64,000 bases of DNA from an uncultured Chloroflexia bacterium (GTDB taxonomy: Bacteria > Chloroflexota > Limnocylindria > Limnocylindrales > CSP1-4), in assembly GCA_963712745.1 (NCBI GenBank), contig CAVQJC010000001.1, positions 224,001 through 288,000 on the forward strand. Direction: 5' to 3'. Of the stretch, positions 44,902-54,493 are shown one piece after another (position 1 is the stretch's first letter; every line of letters begins with the position of its first letter). A model generated the notes under the pieces. The model was given only the letters and a program-made list of their open reading frames with translations, had not been told where the DNA came from and ran no database searches. Made by a program: the position numbers and the translations under genes.

Positions 44902-45776
44902 GCTGCCATCGGCAGAGGCGTCAGCGCCGCACGCAACGCCAGCCACTCCTCGACCGAGAGGGTCTGGGGCCGTCGGTCGGGAGCGATGGAGCAGGCAGCC
45001 AGGGCCGCGTCGACCCGCTCGCGGTCCAGGCCCGGCAGCTGGCGAGCAAGCACGTTGTGGATCATCTTGCGTCGCTCGCGGAACCCGGCCTGCACCAGGC
45101 GCCACAGCTCGTCTTCGTCCTCGGGGCCCAGGCGCCGCTCGCGCGTCACGCCGATGAGGATGGCCGAGTCGACCTCGGGCGCGGGCTCGAAGGCCGCCGC
45201 CGAGACCGTGAAGGCCACCTCCACAGGCGCGTGGTACTGGACAAACACCGAGAGGTAGCTCATGCCGCCCGGCGGCGAGGCGATGCGCTCGGCGACCTCC
45301 TTCTGGACCATCATCACGAAGCGGGTCGGGCGCGGCTCCCCTCCGAGCACGTGGTGGAGGATGGGGCTGGTGATGTGGTAGGGCACATTGGCCACCAGCG
45401 CCCAGGGCTCGGTGGCCAGGTCCGCCACGGCCACGTCGAGGAAGTCATCCTCCACCAGCGTCAGGTCGGGATGGTCGGCGAACCGCTGGCGCAGATGTCC
45501 CGCCAGCCGGAAGTCCAGCTCGACCGCCGTCACGGCTGCTCCGGCGGCCAGCAGCTGGGCGGTGAGGATGCCCACACCTGGCCCGACTTCCACGATGCGC
45601 TCGCCGGGCTGCACATCGGCGAGCTCGATGATGCGTTCCAGCACTGCGCCGTCGGCGAGGTGGTTCTGCGACAGCGACTTGCGCGCGACCAGGCGGTGCT
45701 GGCGCAGGTAGCGCTCGACCGCCTCGGGGCCGAGTCGCGCGGGATCGAGCTCCCACCCGTCCGCCGACATCGTCAC
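44898..45776 (-). CDS. rsmA: 16S rRNA dimethyladenosine transferase KsgA
   Basis: KSLSQNHL, EVGPGVG, ANVPYHITSP, MVQKEVAER, PAPEVDSA. Confidence 0.95.
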   Translation of the reverse strand: MTMSADGWELDPARLGPEAVERYLRQHRLVARKSLSQNHLADGAVLERIIELADVQPGERIVEVGPGVGILTAQLLAAGAAVTAVELDFRLAGHLRQRFADHPDLTLVEDDFLDVAVADLATEPWALVANVPYHITSPILHHVLGGEPRPTRFVMMVQKEVAERIASPPGGMSYLSVFVQYHAPVEVAFTVSAAAFEPAPEVDSAILIGVTRERRLGPEDEDELWRLVQAGFRERRKMIHNVLARQLPGLDRERVDAALAACSIAPDRRPQTLSVEEWLALRAALTPLPMAA

Positions 45777-46840
45777 ACGGCCAGCTTGAGGGATGGGCGC
45801 GCATCGAGCGAGCGGTCGGCGCGGGTGCCGGCGAGGTGGCGATGGTAGCCGGCGGCTCCGATCATGGCGGCGTTGTCAGTGCACAGGCCGGGCCGCGGCA
45901 CGATGAGCGGCAGCCCCAGGCCCCCGGCACCCTCGGCGATACGTTCCCGCAGCACCGCGTTGGCGGCGACACCGCCGCCCAGCAGGATGGACCTCGCACC
46001 CAGCTCGCGCGCAGCTCGCAGCAGCTTGGTCGATAGCACCTCCACGACCAATTCCTGGAAGGCCCACGACAGCTCCGCCACGTCTTGCGCCGACAGGCCC
46101 GAGCCGTCGAGGTCACGAGCCTGGGGCGGCAGGCCCAGGGCCTCACCGACCGCATGCCGGGCCGCGGTCTTGAGCCCGGAGAACGAGAAGTCGTAGGACT
46201 CGCCCATCCAGGCGCGGGGGAAGCGACGGTCGTGGGCAGTGGCACCGGCAGCTGCCTTCATGATGGCCGGGCCGCCCGGATACGAGAGTCCCAGCAGCCG
46301 GCCGACCTTGTCGAATGCCTCGCCGGCCGCGTCGTCGACGGTCTGACCGAGCAGCCGGTAGCGCAGGTGGTCCTGCATCTCCACGATGAAGGTGTGGCCA
46401 CCGCTCACCACGAGCGCGACCAGCGGGAACTCCGGCGCCGGTCGCTCCACTTCGTCGGGGTCGAGCAGCCAGGCGGCGTAGATGTGGCCCTCCAGATGGT
46501 TCACCGGCACCAGCGGCAGGCCCAGGCTCCAGGCCAGGGTCTTGGCCATGGTGATGCCCACCAGCAGCGACCCGGCCAGGCCGGGTCCTTCGGTCACGGC
46601 CACGGCCTCGACCTCGCTCCAGTCTTCGAGGCCGGCCCGGGCACGGGCTTCGTCGAGCACGGGGATCATCCAGCGCAAGTGGGCACGCGCAGCCACCTCG
46701 GGCACGATCCCGCCCGTCTCCGAATGCAGCTGCACCTGGCTGGCGACGACGTTGGCCACGATGCGGCGGCCCCGCTCGACGACCGCGACCGCTGTCTCAT
46801 CGCAGGATGATTCGACCGCGAGGATGCGTCCACGGCTCAT
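45773..46840 (-). CDS. tsaD: tRNA N6-adenosine threonylcarbamoyltransferase
   Basis: ESSCDET, GGIVPEVAARAH, NHLEGH, SGGHT, DDAAGEAFDK, CTDNAAM. Confidence 0.96.
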   Translation of the reverse strand: MSRGRILAVESSCDETAVAVVERGRRIVANVVASQVQLHSETGGIVPEVAARAHLRWMIPVLDEARARAGLEDWSEVEAVAVTEGPGLAGSLLVGITMAKTLAWSLGLPLVPVNHLEGHIYAAWLLDPDEVERPAPEFPLVALVVSGGHTFIVEMQDHLRYRLLGQTVDDAAGEAFDKVGRLLGLSYPGGPAIMKAAAGATAHDRRFPRAWMGESYDFSFSGLKTAARHAVGEALGLPPQARDLDGSGLSAQDVAELSWAFQELVVEVLSTKLLRAARELGARSILLGGGVAANAVLRERIAEGAGGLGLPLIVPRPGLCTDNAAMIGAAGYHRHLAGTRADRSLDARPSLKLAV

Positions 46841-47421
46841 GCGTCGAGCACCTCCGGGGGAGCATCAGGATCGGCCGCGAAGCCCGGGTCGTCGGGCAGC
46901 ACCGCGATGGCGTACTGCTCGGTCTTCCTCGCCAGCAGACGCCCCATCTCGGGCGTCGCCAGCCGGTCGGTGGTCATGATGAGCGCGTCTTCGCCGTTGT
47001 CCGAGTAGTAACGCGGTCGCAGACCCACGGGCTTGAAGCCGAACTCCTGGTACAGCCTGCGGGCGGCGCCGTTACCGAGGCGCACCTCCAGCGTGCACAC
47101 CGCCGCGCCGACCTCAGCGGAGAGGGCCATCAGCTGCGCGAGCAGCAGGCCGCCGATGCCGCGGCGGCGGTAGGCGGGCAGCACCGCGAACGTGGTCACA
47201 TGTGCCTCGTCGACCATCAGCCAGATGCCGGCGTAGGCCACGACTCGCTGGCCGGCCCGGACCACCAGGTAGCGCGCCATCCGATTGGACTCGATCTCCT
47301 CGCGGAACGCGTAGGGCGGCCACGGCGTGGGGAACGAAGCGCTCTCGATGGCGTGGACGGCGGGGATGTCGTTGGCGGTCATGGGCTCGACCGCCAGCCT
47401 CACCGGAGGTCGGGCGACCAT
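46837..47421 (-). CDS. rimI: Ribosomal protein S18 alanine N-acetyltransferase
   Basis: IESASFPTPW, DEAHVTT, RRRGIG, LEVR, RPRYYSDNGEDALIM. Confidence 0.92.
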   Translation of the reverse strand: MVARPPVRLAVEPMTANDIPAVHAIESASFPTPWPPYAFREEIESNRMARYLVVRAGQRVVAYAGIWLMVDEAHVTTFAVLPAYRRRGIGGLLLAQLMALSAEVGAAVCTLEVRLGNGAARRLYQEFGFKPVGLRPRYYSDNGEDALIMTTDRLATPEMGRLLARKTEQYAIAVLPDDPGFAADPDAPPEVLDA

Positions 47422-48065
47422 CCCAGGTCCTCCGCGGCACGCTGCACGCCACGCGGCAGCGCGACGTAGGCCGGGGTCAGCCCAGCCACGTCGTCAGTCG
47501 CTCCGGCACTGAGGCGTTCGTGCGCCATCTCCAGCAGCGCCGTAGCCAGGCCCGCGACCGCGGCCGTGCCCAGCCGGGCCGCCTCCTCGCCGAGCACCTC
47601 GTCACCCAGGTCGACGGCCAGGGCGGTCGCACTGCCGATGGCCAGCGCCAGATCCCCGGGCGCGATGAGCACGGGATCGGCACCACGCCGGGCAAGGTAG
47701 TGGTCACGGGCACCCGCCGGCAACACGACCGCAGCATCGGGGGCCCCGCTGGCCCGGCGCAGGGCGTCGGATGACATCACGCCCACGAGCGGGAGTCGTC
47801 GGGCGTAGGCGATGGTCTTGACCGTGGCCAGGCCCACGCGCAGGCCGGTGAAGGACCCAGGGCCCGTCCCGACCGCCAGCGCGGTGACGTCATCGAGCGT
47901 GCTGCCGGCTGCGGCAAGGACCTCGTCGATCTGCTCGAGGACGTGGGCGCCGTGCCGATGCCGTACCTGCCTGGTACTGACCGCCACGGGCGCATCGCGG
48001 CCGATCGCGACCACGCTCGAGCGGGTAGAGGTGTCGACGGCGAGGACGAGGCCAGCCGCGCTCAT
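47400..48065 (-). CDS. tsaB: t6A biosynthesis protein TsaB
   Basis: LAVDTST, GPGSFTGLRVG. Confidence 0.93.
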   Translation of the reverse strand: MSAAGLVLAVDTSTRSSVVAIGRDAPVAVSTRQVRHRHGAHVLEQIDEVLAAAGSTLDDVTALAVGTGPGSFTGLRVGLATVKTIAYARRLPLVGVMSSDALRRASGAPDAAVVLPAGARDHYLARRGADPVLIAPGDLALAIGSATALAVDLGDEVLGEEAARLGTAAVAGLATALLEMAHERLSAGATDDVAGLTPAYVALPRGVQRAAEDLGWSPDLR

Positions 48066-48568
48066 GCCGAGCCCTGCCAGCGACGAGCGGCCTCCACGTA
48101 GCGACGGGCAGCCTGGCCGTGACCACTGATGTCGATGACGCGCGAGGACTCAGCCACCGGCTCGATGGCCACCGTCAGCCGCTCCGGGTCAAGGTCCGCA
48201 TCGAGGCGGTCGGCCCACTCGCTGAGCGTGACACCATCGTCCTGCCGCTCGTCGAGGAGCCCTCCCGCGAGCACGTCGCTGGCACCGGCCAGGCGGTAGA
48301 GATCCTGGTGGAAGAGCGTCAGCCGGCCCTGATACTCGGCCATGAGCGTGAAGCTTGGGCTATTGACGACATCGTCGATGCCCAGGCCGGCCGCGAAACC
48401 CTTGGCGAACTGCGTCTTGCCGGCGCCGAGCGGCCCTACCAGTGCGAGCCGGTCGCCCGCCTGCGCCGCCGGCGCGAGGGCCGCGGCGAAGTCCCGCGTC
48501 TCGGCGGTGGACGACGTGCGCACGCGCACCGAGACGGGGGCGGCTCGTTCGAGATCGGACATGGTCAT
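48062..48568 (-). CDS. tsaE: t6A biosynthesis ATPase TsaE
   Basis: GPLGAGKT, NSPSFTL, HQDLYRL, EWA. Confidence 0.94.
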   Translation of the reverse strand: MTMSDLERAAPVSVRVRTSSTAETRDFAAALAPAAQAGDRLALVGPLGAGKTQFAKGFAAGLGIDDVVNSPSFTLMAEYQGRLTLFHQDLYRLAGASDVLAGGLLDERQDDGVTLSEWADRLDADLDPERLTVAIEPVAESSRVIDISGHGQAARRYVEAARRWQGSA

Positions 48569-48577
48569 CGCGGCAGG

Positions 48578-49681
48578 TTAGCCGAGTCGCTCCAGGATGG
48601 TGAGCGGCACGCAGTGGCGTTCCAGCGAGCCATCGGCCGCTGGCAGCTCCACGAAACCGCCCGGGACGTAGCTCCCGCCTGGCCAGCGACGCGGGCCCGA
48701 CAGGCCCACCAGGCGCCCCTCGTGGTCGCGATGCTCGCCGGCCACGGCGCGCACCGTGCCCGGTGGACGGGACATGGCCTCGACCAGCGGTGCGGGGTCG
48801 CCCTCGATGACGAGCGTGCGCGAGTCGGGCAGGACCCCGGCGGTGCGGCCCTGGGCCGCCACCAGCAGGTCCCACAGGTAGCCCGGGATGGGCGAGCGAC
48901 CGAAGCCTCCGAGCGCCACCAGGCCGAAGGGGGCAGCCGCATGCAGTGCAGCCTGCTGGCGAGCCTCCGAGGAGGTCAGCTGGCGCAGGTCGCGACTGGC
49001 CACGCCCCCGGCGACGACCGCGGCCACACCCAGGGCACGAGCGCGCGACAGTGCCTCGATGTCGATCCGGGCACCGACCACCAGAACGGCGCCCGAGACA
49101 CCGACATCGATGCGGGAGGTCTGCACCTCCGCATCGCGGACATCGACGGCGAGGACGATGCGGCCCGAGGACGCACGGCCCCAGCCGAAGCGAGTGTCGA
49201 CGGCCAGACCGTCCGCTCGCAGGTCGATCCGTGACGGCGTCACGGTCTCGATGACACCGGCCACCGGGGCCGTCACCAGGATGTCGCTGCGACCGGCCAC
49301 AAGGCGCGTGACGCCGTCACGTCCGTGCTCACAGACACGCGTGCGGAGCGTTTCGGACGACGACTTCCGGCCCAGCCGACCGGAATGCTCGAGCGGCACG
49401 TCGTCGAGCACCGAACCGGGCGGCAGGCCGATGACCCGCGCGCTGCTGGGGATCTCGACGGCCTCCTGTTCGCGGAAGTGCTCGACGATGGGCTGGCCCG
49501 GCTCCACTCGCTGACCCGGCGCCACCAGCGGTCGGTCGGCCAGGTGGATGGCGATGCGCAGCAGGCGGCCGACCTCGGGACGCGCCGCAGGCACCACGAA
49601 ACGAGCGGGGTCGGGCCCGGCGAAGCGCGCGGGGTCGGGCCCGGTCGTCGCCTCGTCGGCGGCTGGGCGTCGGTCGTCCAT
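48578..49681 (-). CDS. Conserved hypothetical protein (barrel-sandwich-hybrid-like segments, C-terminal SH3/KOW-like barrel); partner of the GlmL-like gene
   Basis: LVAPGQRVEPGQPI, APVAGVI, ALSRARALGVAAVVAGG, GGFG..PIP..LW, VPLTILE. Coupled to the upstream gene by a TGATG overlap. Confidence 0.7.
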   Translation of the reverse strand: MDDRRPAADEATTGPDPARFAGPDPARFVVPAARPEVGRLLRIAIHLADRPLVAPGQRVEPGQPIVEHFREQEAVEIPSSARVIGLPPGSVLDDVPLEHSGRLGRKSSSETLRTRVCEHGRDGVTRLVAGRSDILVTAPVAGVIETVTPSRIDLRADGLAVDTRFGWGRASSGRIVLAVDVRDAEVQTSRIDVGVSGAVLVVGARIDIEALSRARALGVAAVVAGGVASRDLRQLTSSEARQQAALHAAAPFGLVALGGFGRSPIPGYLWDLLVAAQGRTAGVLPDSRTLVIEGDPAPLVEAMSRPPGTVRAVAGEHRDHEGRLVGLSGPRRWPGGSYVPGGFVELPAADGSLERHCVPLTILERLG

Positions 49682-51300
49682 CAGTCCGCCCCCATCCAGA
49701 CGGGGGCCTCCCAGGCCTCGAGCGTGGCCCGCCGGCTCTCGCCCCCGGGAGGCAAGTCGAGCGGTATGGGCCGCGTGTCCACGAACAGACCGGCCAGTCC
49801 GCCGCTGACCTCCAGGGGGATCGTGCGACCCTCCACACCAAGCACGGCGCCGTCACCGGGGTCGATGCCCAGGCGGGCCACGATGCCGGGTGGCAGATCC
49901 ACCAGCTGCAGGACGCCAGGCTCGAGGCGCAGTCGCTGATCGCCGAGCGAGCTGGCGATGCTCATGGTGGCGCCGGCCTTGTCCTTCTTGCGGGTCGCGA
50001 TGGAGCCCGTGAGCACGGCGCTGCAAAGGGGCAGCAGGCAGTCACCCATGAGGTCGGCCAGCAGTCGCTGGCGATCGGCCTCCACCGGCAGGGCTCCGAG
50101 GGGCGCCAGCACGCCCGCGTGGTCGTAGAGGATGCTCATCGCGCCCGGACTGCGGATACCGTCGACCGCCGCCATCGCGGAGGCTGCTGGGGGCAGGCCG
50201 GCGAAGGCCCCGCCGCCCAGGACCATGACGCTCGAGCCGCGCCGCTCGCCGCTCGCTGCTGCACCCTGCTCCCAGGCAGCCGCGAGGCGTTCGAGCGCGG
50301 CCCGCAGGGCTGCCAGCTGGAGGTGCAGGCCGTCGCGGCCGGTCCCGGCCCAGGGCTGGAGCACAAGGTCGCGTAGCGCGTCGAGACGGGCGGCCGGGTC
50401 GCCGTCCAGCGTGGACCAGCGCAGCACGGCCTCGCCGGTGCCATCGGCGTCGAGCAGGGTCGGGGGCAGCATGCCGGCCTCGGCGAGGACCGCGTGGCCC
50501 AGCTCCCCCTCCGGCCCCGCCTGCGTGCGCGCGCCGGCGGCGGCGCCGATCTCGATGCCGTCGACGTGACTTCCCAGCACCGCCGCCAGCGAGACGACAG
50601 CGGCCCTCAGGGCGGCGCGGCCGTCGGTGGGCACCGGTTGGCCGCCAGCGGCAAGATGCCGGCCCACCTGCGAAGCCGCTCCGCGCAGGAGCGAGTCAGC
50701 GGTGAGCGGGACAGGGTCAGGGGCAGGCAGGGAGAAGAGCCGCCCGTCGGGCAGGCCTTCGGGTCGGTCGGCGAAGGGCCCGCAGGCGATGACCGCGAGA
50801 TCGTCACGGAAGCGGGCCAGCGAGGCGGCCCGGGGCCACAGCCGATGCGCCGCCGCACGTTCCTCCTCGTCGACGCCATCGCGACCGCCCATGACCACCG
50901 CGTCCACGTCGAGATCGAGACAAGCCTCGCCGAACGCCACAAGGTCGGGGTCGGGCCCGAAGAAGCGATGTCGAACGGTCCAGCCGGCGCCGGTGAAGGC
51001 ACGCTCGAGGAGGTCTCCCGTCTCGGCCGAAGCGGCCACCAGCACGGCCCTGGACGGGCGTCCGGTACGGACCTCAAGGCGGGACCAGTCGCGCCAGCCT
51101 TCCATGGAGCCGGCCAGCGAGGCGTCCGTACGCGCGACACGCCAGGCCAGGTCCTCGAGCACCGACTCGGGATCGAGGACCACCGGCGCGGCCGCGGCCG
51201 CGAGCATGCGATAACGGCCCTCGACGGGGGCGATGAGCGTGGCCTTGATGGCGACCGTACCGCGGTCGAGCGTGAAGAAGGCAGCAGAGTCCTGGGTCAC
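49681..51300 (-). CDS. Degenerate glutamate mutase L (GlmL)-like actin/ASKHA-fold protein
   Basis: FTLDRGTVAIKATLIAPVEGRYR, VVMGGRDG, GIEIGAA, VLGGGAF, VSGGLAGLFVDTRPIPL resemble GlmL-like proteins as I recall them; no search run. Confidence 0.6.
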   Translation of the reverse strand: MTQDSAAFFTLDRGTVAIKATLIAPVEGRYRMLAAAAAPVVLDPESVLEDLAWRVARTDASLAGSMEGWRDWSRLEVRTGRPSRAVLVAASAETGDLLERAFTGAGWTVRHRFFGPDPDLVAFGEACLDLDVDAVVMGGRDGVDEEERAAAHRLWPRAASLARFRDDLAVIACGPFADRPEGLPDGRLFSLPAPDPVPLTADSLLRGAASQVGRHLAAGGQPVPTDGRAALRAAVVSLAAVLGSHVDGIEIGAAAGARTQAGPEGELGHAVLAEAGMLPPTLLDADGTGEAVLRWSTLDGDPAARLDALRDLVLQPWAGTGRDGLHLQLAALRAALERLAAAWEQGAAASGERRGSSVMVLGGGAFAGLPPAASAMAAVDGIRSPGAMSILYDHAGVLAPLGALPVEADRQRLLADLMGDCLLPLCSAVLTGSIATRKKDKAGATMSIASSLGDQRLRLEPGVLQLVDLPPGIVARLGIDPGDGAVLGVEGRTIPLEVSGGLAGLFVDTRPIPLDLPPGGESRRATLEAWEAPVWMGAD

Positions 51301-51399
51301 ACGACAGATGGTAGCCGCGCCGGGCTATTCAGGCGCCAGGAGCCGGTCGGGCGGGGCAAGTGTGGGTCGTCCCTGGCGGCCGGCCGCCGCGGCCACGCC

Positions 51400-51717
51400 T
51401 CAGGCGAAGAGGTCGGCTTCGGCGTCCAGCTCTTCAAGGCGGTCGATGAGGCGTTCGATGCCGTCGTCATCGGCCAGCAGGTTGCGGGCGCCGGGATCAT
51501 CGCCACCGAAGATGCCCCTGATAACCGGGTCGAAGAAGAGCATGCCCAATCCATCGAGCGAGCCGGCACCGCGATTGGCCTCCAGGAACAGCACGGCCGG
51601 GACGGTCGCACCGCGCATCTGGATCTGCCGCGCCACCGACTCGACGTCATCTCCTTCGAAGATGCCGAAATCGGCTGACTCGCTGAGCGGCTCGGTCACT
51701 GCCGGCGGTCGTAGCAA
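51400..51717 (-). CDS. Small conserved hypothetical protein
   Basis: VARQI..RG..VPAVLFLE...FFDP......L.D...IERLIDRLEEL. GAGGA upstream; fills the gap after alr. Confidence 0.65.
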   Translation of the reverse strand: MLRPPAVTEPLSESADFGIFEGDDVESVARQIQMRGATVPAVLFLEANRGAGSLDGLGMLFFDPVIRGIFGGDDPGARNLLADDDGIERLIDRLEELDAEADLFA

Positions 51718-51809
51718 AACCGTTTCGTCCTCCTAGAGACATGCAGAACCGGCACGGCTGCGGGGTCGGGTCCCTCTCTACCCAGTCCTCGCGACCGGTT
51801 TCGTCACGT

Positions 51810-52979
51810 CTACTTCGGTGCCGGCGTGCGTTCTTCGCGATCAGCAGTACCAGCCAACGGATGGTACACCCGGGCCAGCCTTTGAGCCATCGTTGTCAGC
51901 ACTTCCCACGCGATCGTGTTGCGCCGACGCGCCAGTTCCCCGGCCGAGATCGCCTGTCCGCCCTGGCTGCCCAGAAGGACGAACTCCTCGTCGTATCCGA
52001 GCCCGGGCAGATCGGTCACATCGGCCGTGACCGAGTCCATCGAGACACGGCCCACGAGCGGCACGCGGCGGCCGCGCACGAGGGCCTCCGCGCCCGGCTG
52101 CGCGCTGCGCAGGTAGCCATCGCCGTAGCCGACGGGCAGGACGGCGATGCGCGACGGTCGCTGGGCTCGCCAGGTGCCGCCGTAGCCGACGGAGCCGCCC
52201 ACGGGCACGTGGCTGAAGGCGACAGCGTGGGCCTTGACCGACATCGCCGGCCGCAGCCGAGCCGCGGCATCCAGCGCATCACGGGCGATGGGTAGGCCCT
52301 CATCGAGGACGCCGTGGATAGCGATGCCGGGCCGAACCAGGTCGAGCGCGGGCTCGTCGCCCGCGAAGATGCCGCCGGAGGCTGCGATGTGGCGCGGCGG
52401 AACGGGGATCCGCGCTTCGCGCAGGGCGGTCGTGGCGACCTCGAAACGGAGCAGTTGGGCATCCGACGTCGGCGGGTCCTCGGGGCTGTGCAGGTGGGAC
52501 CACAGGCCGGCCAGCTCGATACCCGGATGGGCCTGGACCTGGGCCGCGACCGCGGCGACCTCCTCGGTGGGCAGGCCACCGCGACCCATGCCGGTCTCGA
52601 CCGCGATGTGCACTCGGACGGGCGGGCCGTGGGGCCGAACCGCGTCACCGATGGCACGCAGGTCGGACGCGGACATGACCGGCAGCTCGAGGCCGTGTGC
52701 GAGGGCCTCGGGCACCGCCGAGTGGGGCACCGGGTAGAGCAGCAGGATGCGCGTGTCGACCTCCGGCCGGAGCGCGATGGCCTCGTCGAGGGTGGCCACG
52801 CAGAGCGCGTCGGCGAGCGGCGAGATGGCCCGGCCGACGGCCAGCATGCCGTGGCCGTAGCCATCGGCCTTGACCACCGGCGCCACCGCGGCCGAGCCCA
52901 CCACCGAGCGGATGACACCGATGTTGTGACCGATGGCCTCGAGGTCGATCTCGACCCAGGCACCGCGGCGGTCGATCAT
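51810..52979 (-). CDS. alr: Alanine racemase
   Basis: VVKADGYGHG, ETGMGRGG, VRPGI, VGYG, GYGDG, GRVSMD. Confidence 0.95.
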   Translation of the reverse strand: MIDRRGAWVEIDLEAIGHNIGVIRSVVGSAAVAPVVKADGYGHGMLAVGRAISPLADALCVATLDEAIALRPEVDTRILLLYPVPHSAVPEALAHGLELPVMSASDLRAIGDAVRPHGPPVRVHIAVETGMGRGGLPTEEVAAVAAQVQAHPGIELAGLWSHLHSPEDPPTSDAQLLRFEVATTALREARIPVPPRHIAASGGIFAGDEPALDLVRPGIAIHGVLDEGLPIARDALDAAARLRPAMSVKAHAVAFSHVPVGGSVGYGGTWRAQRPSRIAVLPVGYGDGYLRSAQPGAEALVRGRRVPLVGRVSMDSVTADVTDLPGLGYDEEFVLLGSQGGQAISAGELARRRNTIAWEVLTTMAQRLARVYHPLAGTADREERTPAPK

Positions 52980-53920
52980 GACCCGCCCGCGGCCGGAGCC
53001 TCGAAGCCGAGGCGGCCGCGGGTCTCTCGCTCACGCACGGCCGCCAGGTGGCGCCGCACGCGAGGGATGGCCGGCAACAGGTCGGTGGCCATCAGGCCCG
53101 CGTCGCCGAGGCGGCTGCTGACGTCCTCGCCGGCACGGGCGTGGAGGAAGACGCCGAGGGCTGCCGCGTCGAAGGGGCCCAGGCCCTGGCCCAGCAGCGA
53201 GGCGATGACGCCGGCGAGCACGTCGCCGGTGCCGCCCGAGCCGAGAGCAGGTACTTCGAACGGCGCCGTGAGCGACCGGCCGTCGGGCTCGGCGATGACG
53301 GTATGGGCGCCCTTGAGCACCACCACCACTCCCCACTCGCGAGCCGCGCCCAGGGCAGCCTCGCGCCGGCTGGCGCCGTCCCCGGCACCGCCGTCGCGGC
53401 CCAGCCGCGCGAACTCGCCCGGGTGTGGCGTCAAGACCAGTGCCCGGCGCACCCGGGTCCACCAGCGCGGCAGGCCGGAGAGAGCATCCAGGGCACCCGC
53501 GTCGACGACGGCGGGCGCACCCTCGGCGGCGAGCAGGGCGCGGACCAGCCGGCTCGTGGCCCGCCCGGGCATCAGTCCAGGGCCGACCAGCAGTGCGTCA
53601 CAGGGCATGGCGCCGAGATCGGCAGCGGCCTCGTCGGCCGCGACCTGGTAGGGGGTCACCTCGGGCAGGCCGCGGGTGATCAGCTCTGGCACACGCCCGG
53701 CGATGGCCGGCTGCAGCGAGGCCGGTACGCACACGGTCACCAGGCCGCTGCCGGCGCGGAGCGCCGCGGCACCGGACATGAGCGCGGCACCGGCATAGTC
53801 GAGCGATCCGGCCACAGCCAGGACCCGTCCGAACGTGCCCTTGTGGCCAAGCGGATCGCGCTCGGGCAGCAGTCGGGCAGCAGTCGCCTCGTCGAGCAGC
53901 ACCTCACCCGCGACCATCAA
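52976..53920 (-). CDS. nnrD: NAD(P)H-hydrate dehydratase
   Basis: HKGTFG, GAALRAGSGLV, VGPGL, VVDAGAL, LTPHPGE, VLKG, GGTGDVLAG. Confidence 0.92.
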   Translation of the reverse strand: MMVAGEVLLDEATAARLLPERDPLGHKGTFGRVLAVAGSLDYAGAALMSGAAALRAGSGLVTVCVPASLQPAIAGRVPELITRGLPEVTPYQVAADEAAADLGAMPCDALLVGPGLMPGRATSRLVRALLAAEGAPAVVDAGALDALSGLPRWWTRVRRALVLTPHPGEFARLGRDGGAGDGASRREAALGAAREWGVVVVLKGAHTVIAEPDGRSLTAPFEVPALGSGGTGDVLAGVIASLLGQGLGPFDAAALGVFLHARAGEDVSSRLGDAGLMATDLLPAIPRVRRHLAAVRERETRGRLGFEAPAAGGS

Positions 53921-54493
53921 CCCGCCCCGGTTTTCCCGTTGCGCACGGCCTCCGTCTCCGGGTCGTGCCCGGGCTCAGCCTCGGCGGCACGCACCTCCGC
54001 GTCGAGGTCGCGCAGCCGGCGCATGCGCGCCATCAGCTGCCGCTCACGGTCGTCCATGCGCGCTTCCATGTCGATGGGGAGGACGAACTCGCCGCCCTCG
54101 GTGCGCACGCCGAAGGCCACGGCCACGGCGTATTCGCGCTCATGGCTGATGGACACCGCGATCCGCTCCATGCCCAGCTGGTTGGCCCGGCGGAGGGCGC
54201 GATCATGGAGCCGGCACATGGGCGCGCCGGTGGGCAGCCGGATCGATCTCGATCTCGCGCCAGCCGACCCCGCGCACGCCCAGCCCGAGCACCTTCGAGA
54301 CCGCCTCCTTGGCCGCCCAGCGGCCAGCGAAGTTCTCGGGACGATCGCGTACGTAGGCGTCCTCGTGGTCGGTCAGGACGCGCCCGGCGAAGCGCCGGCC
54401 ATGCTTCTCGATGGCACGGCGGATGCGGTCGACCTTGATGATGTCGATCCCTACCTCGGTCGTGCCCGGCGGCGGCGTCGGCAGGGCGGTCAC
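53917..54493 (-). CDS. acpS: Holo-ACP synthase with C-terminal extension (frameshifted near 54200-54250 as assembled)
   Basis: VGIDII..RI, FAGRWAAKEAVSKVLG.G in one frame; VSISHEREYAVAVA in another. Confidence 0.85.

Noticed and set aside
49597-49644. 24-bp in-frame duplication (GPDPARF x2)
   Set aside because: Real but minor; it lies in a probably disordered N-terminus.
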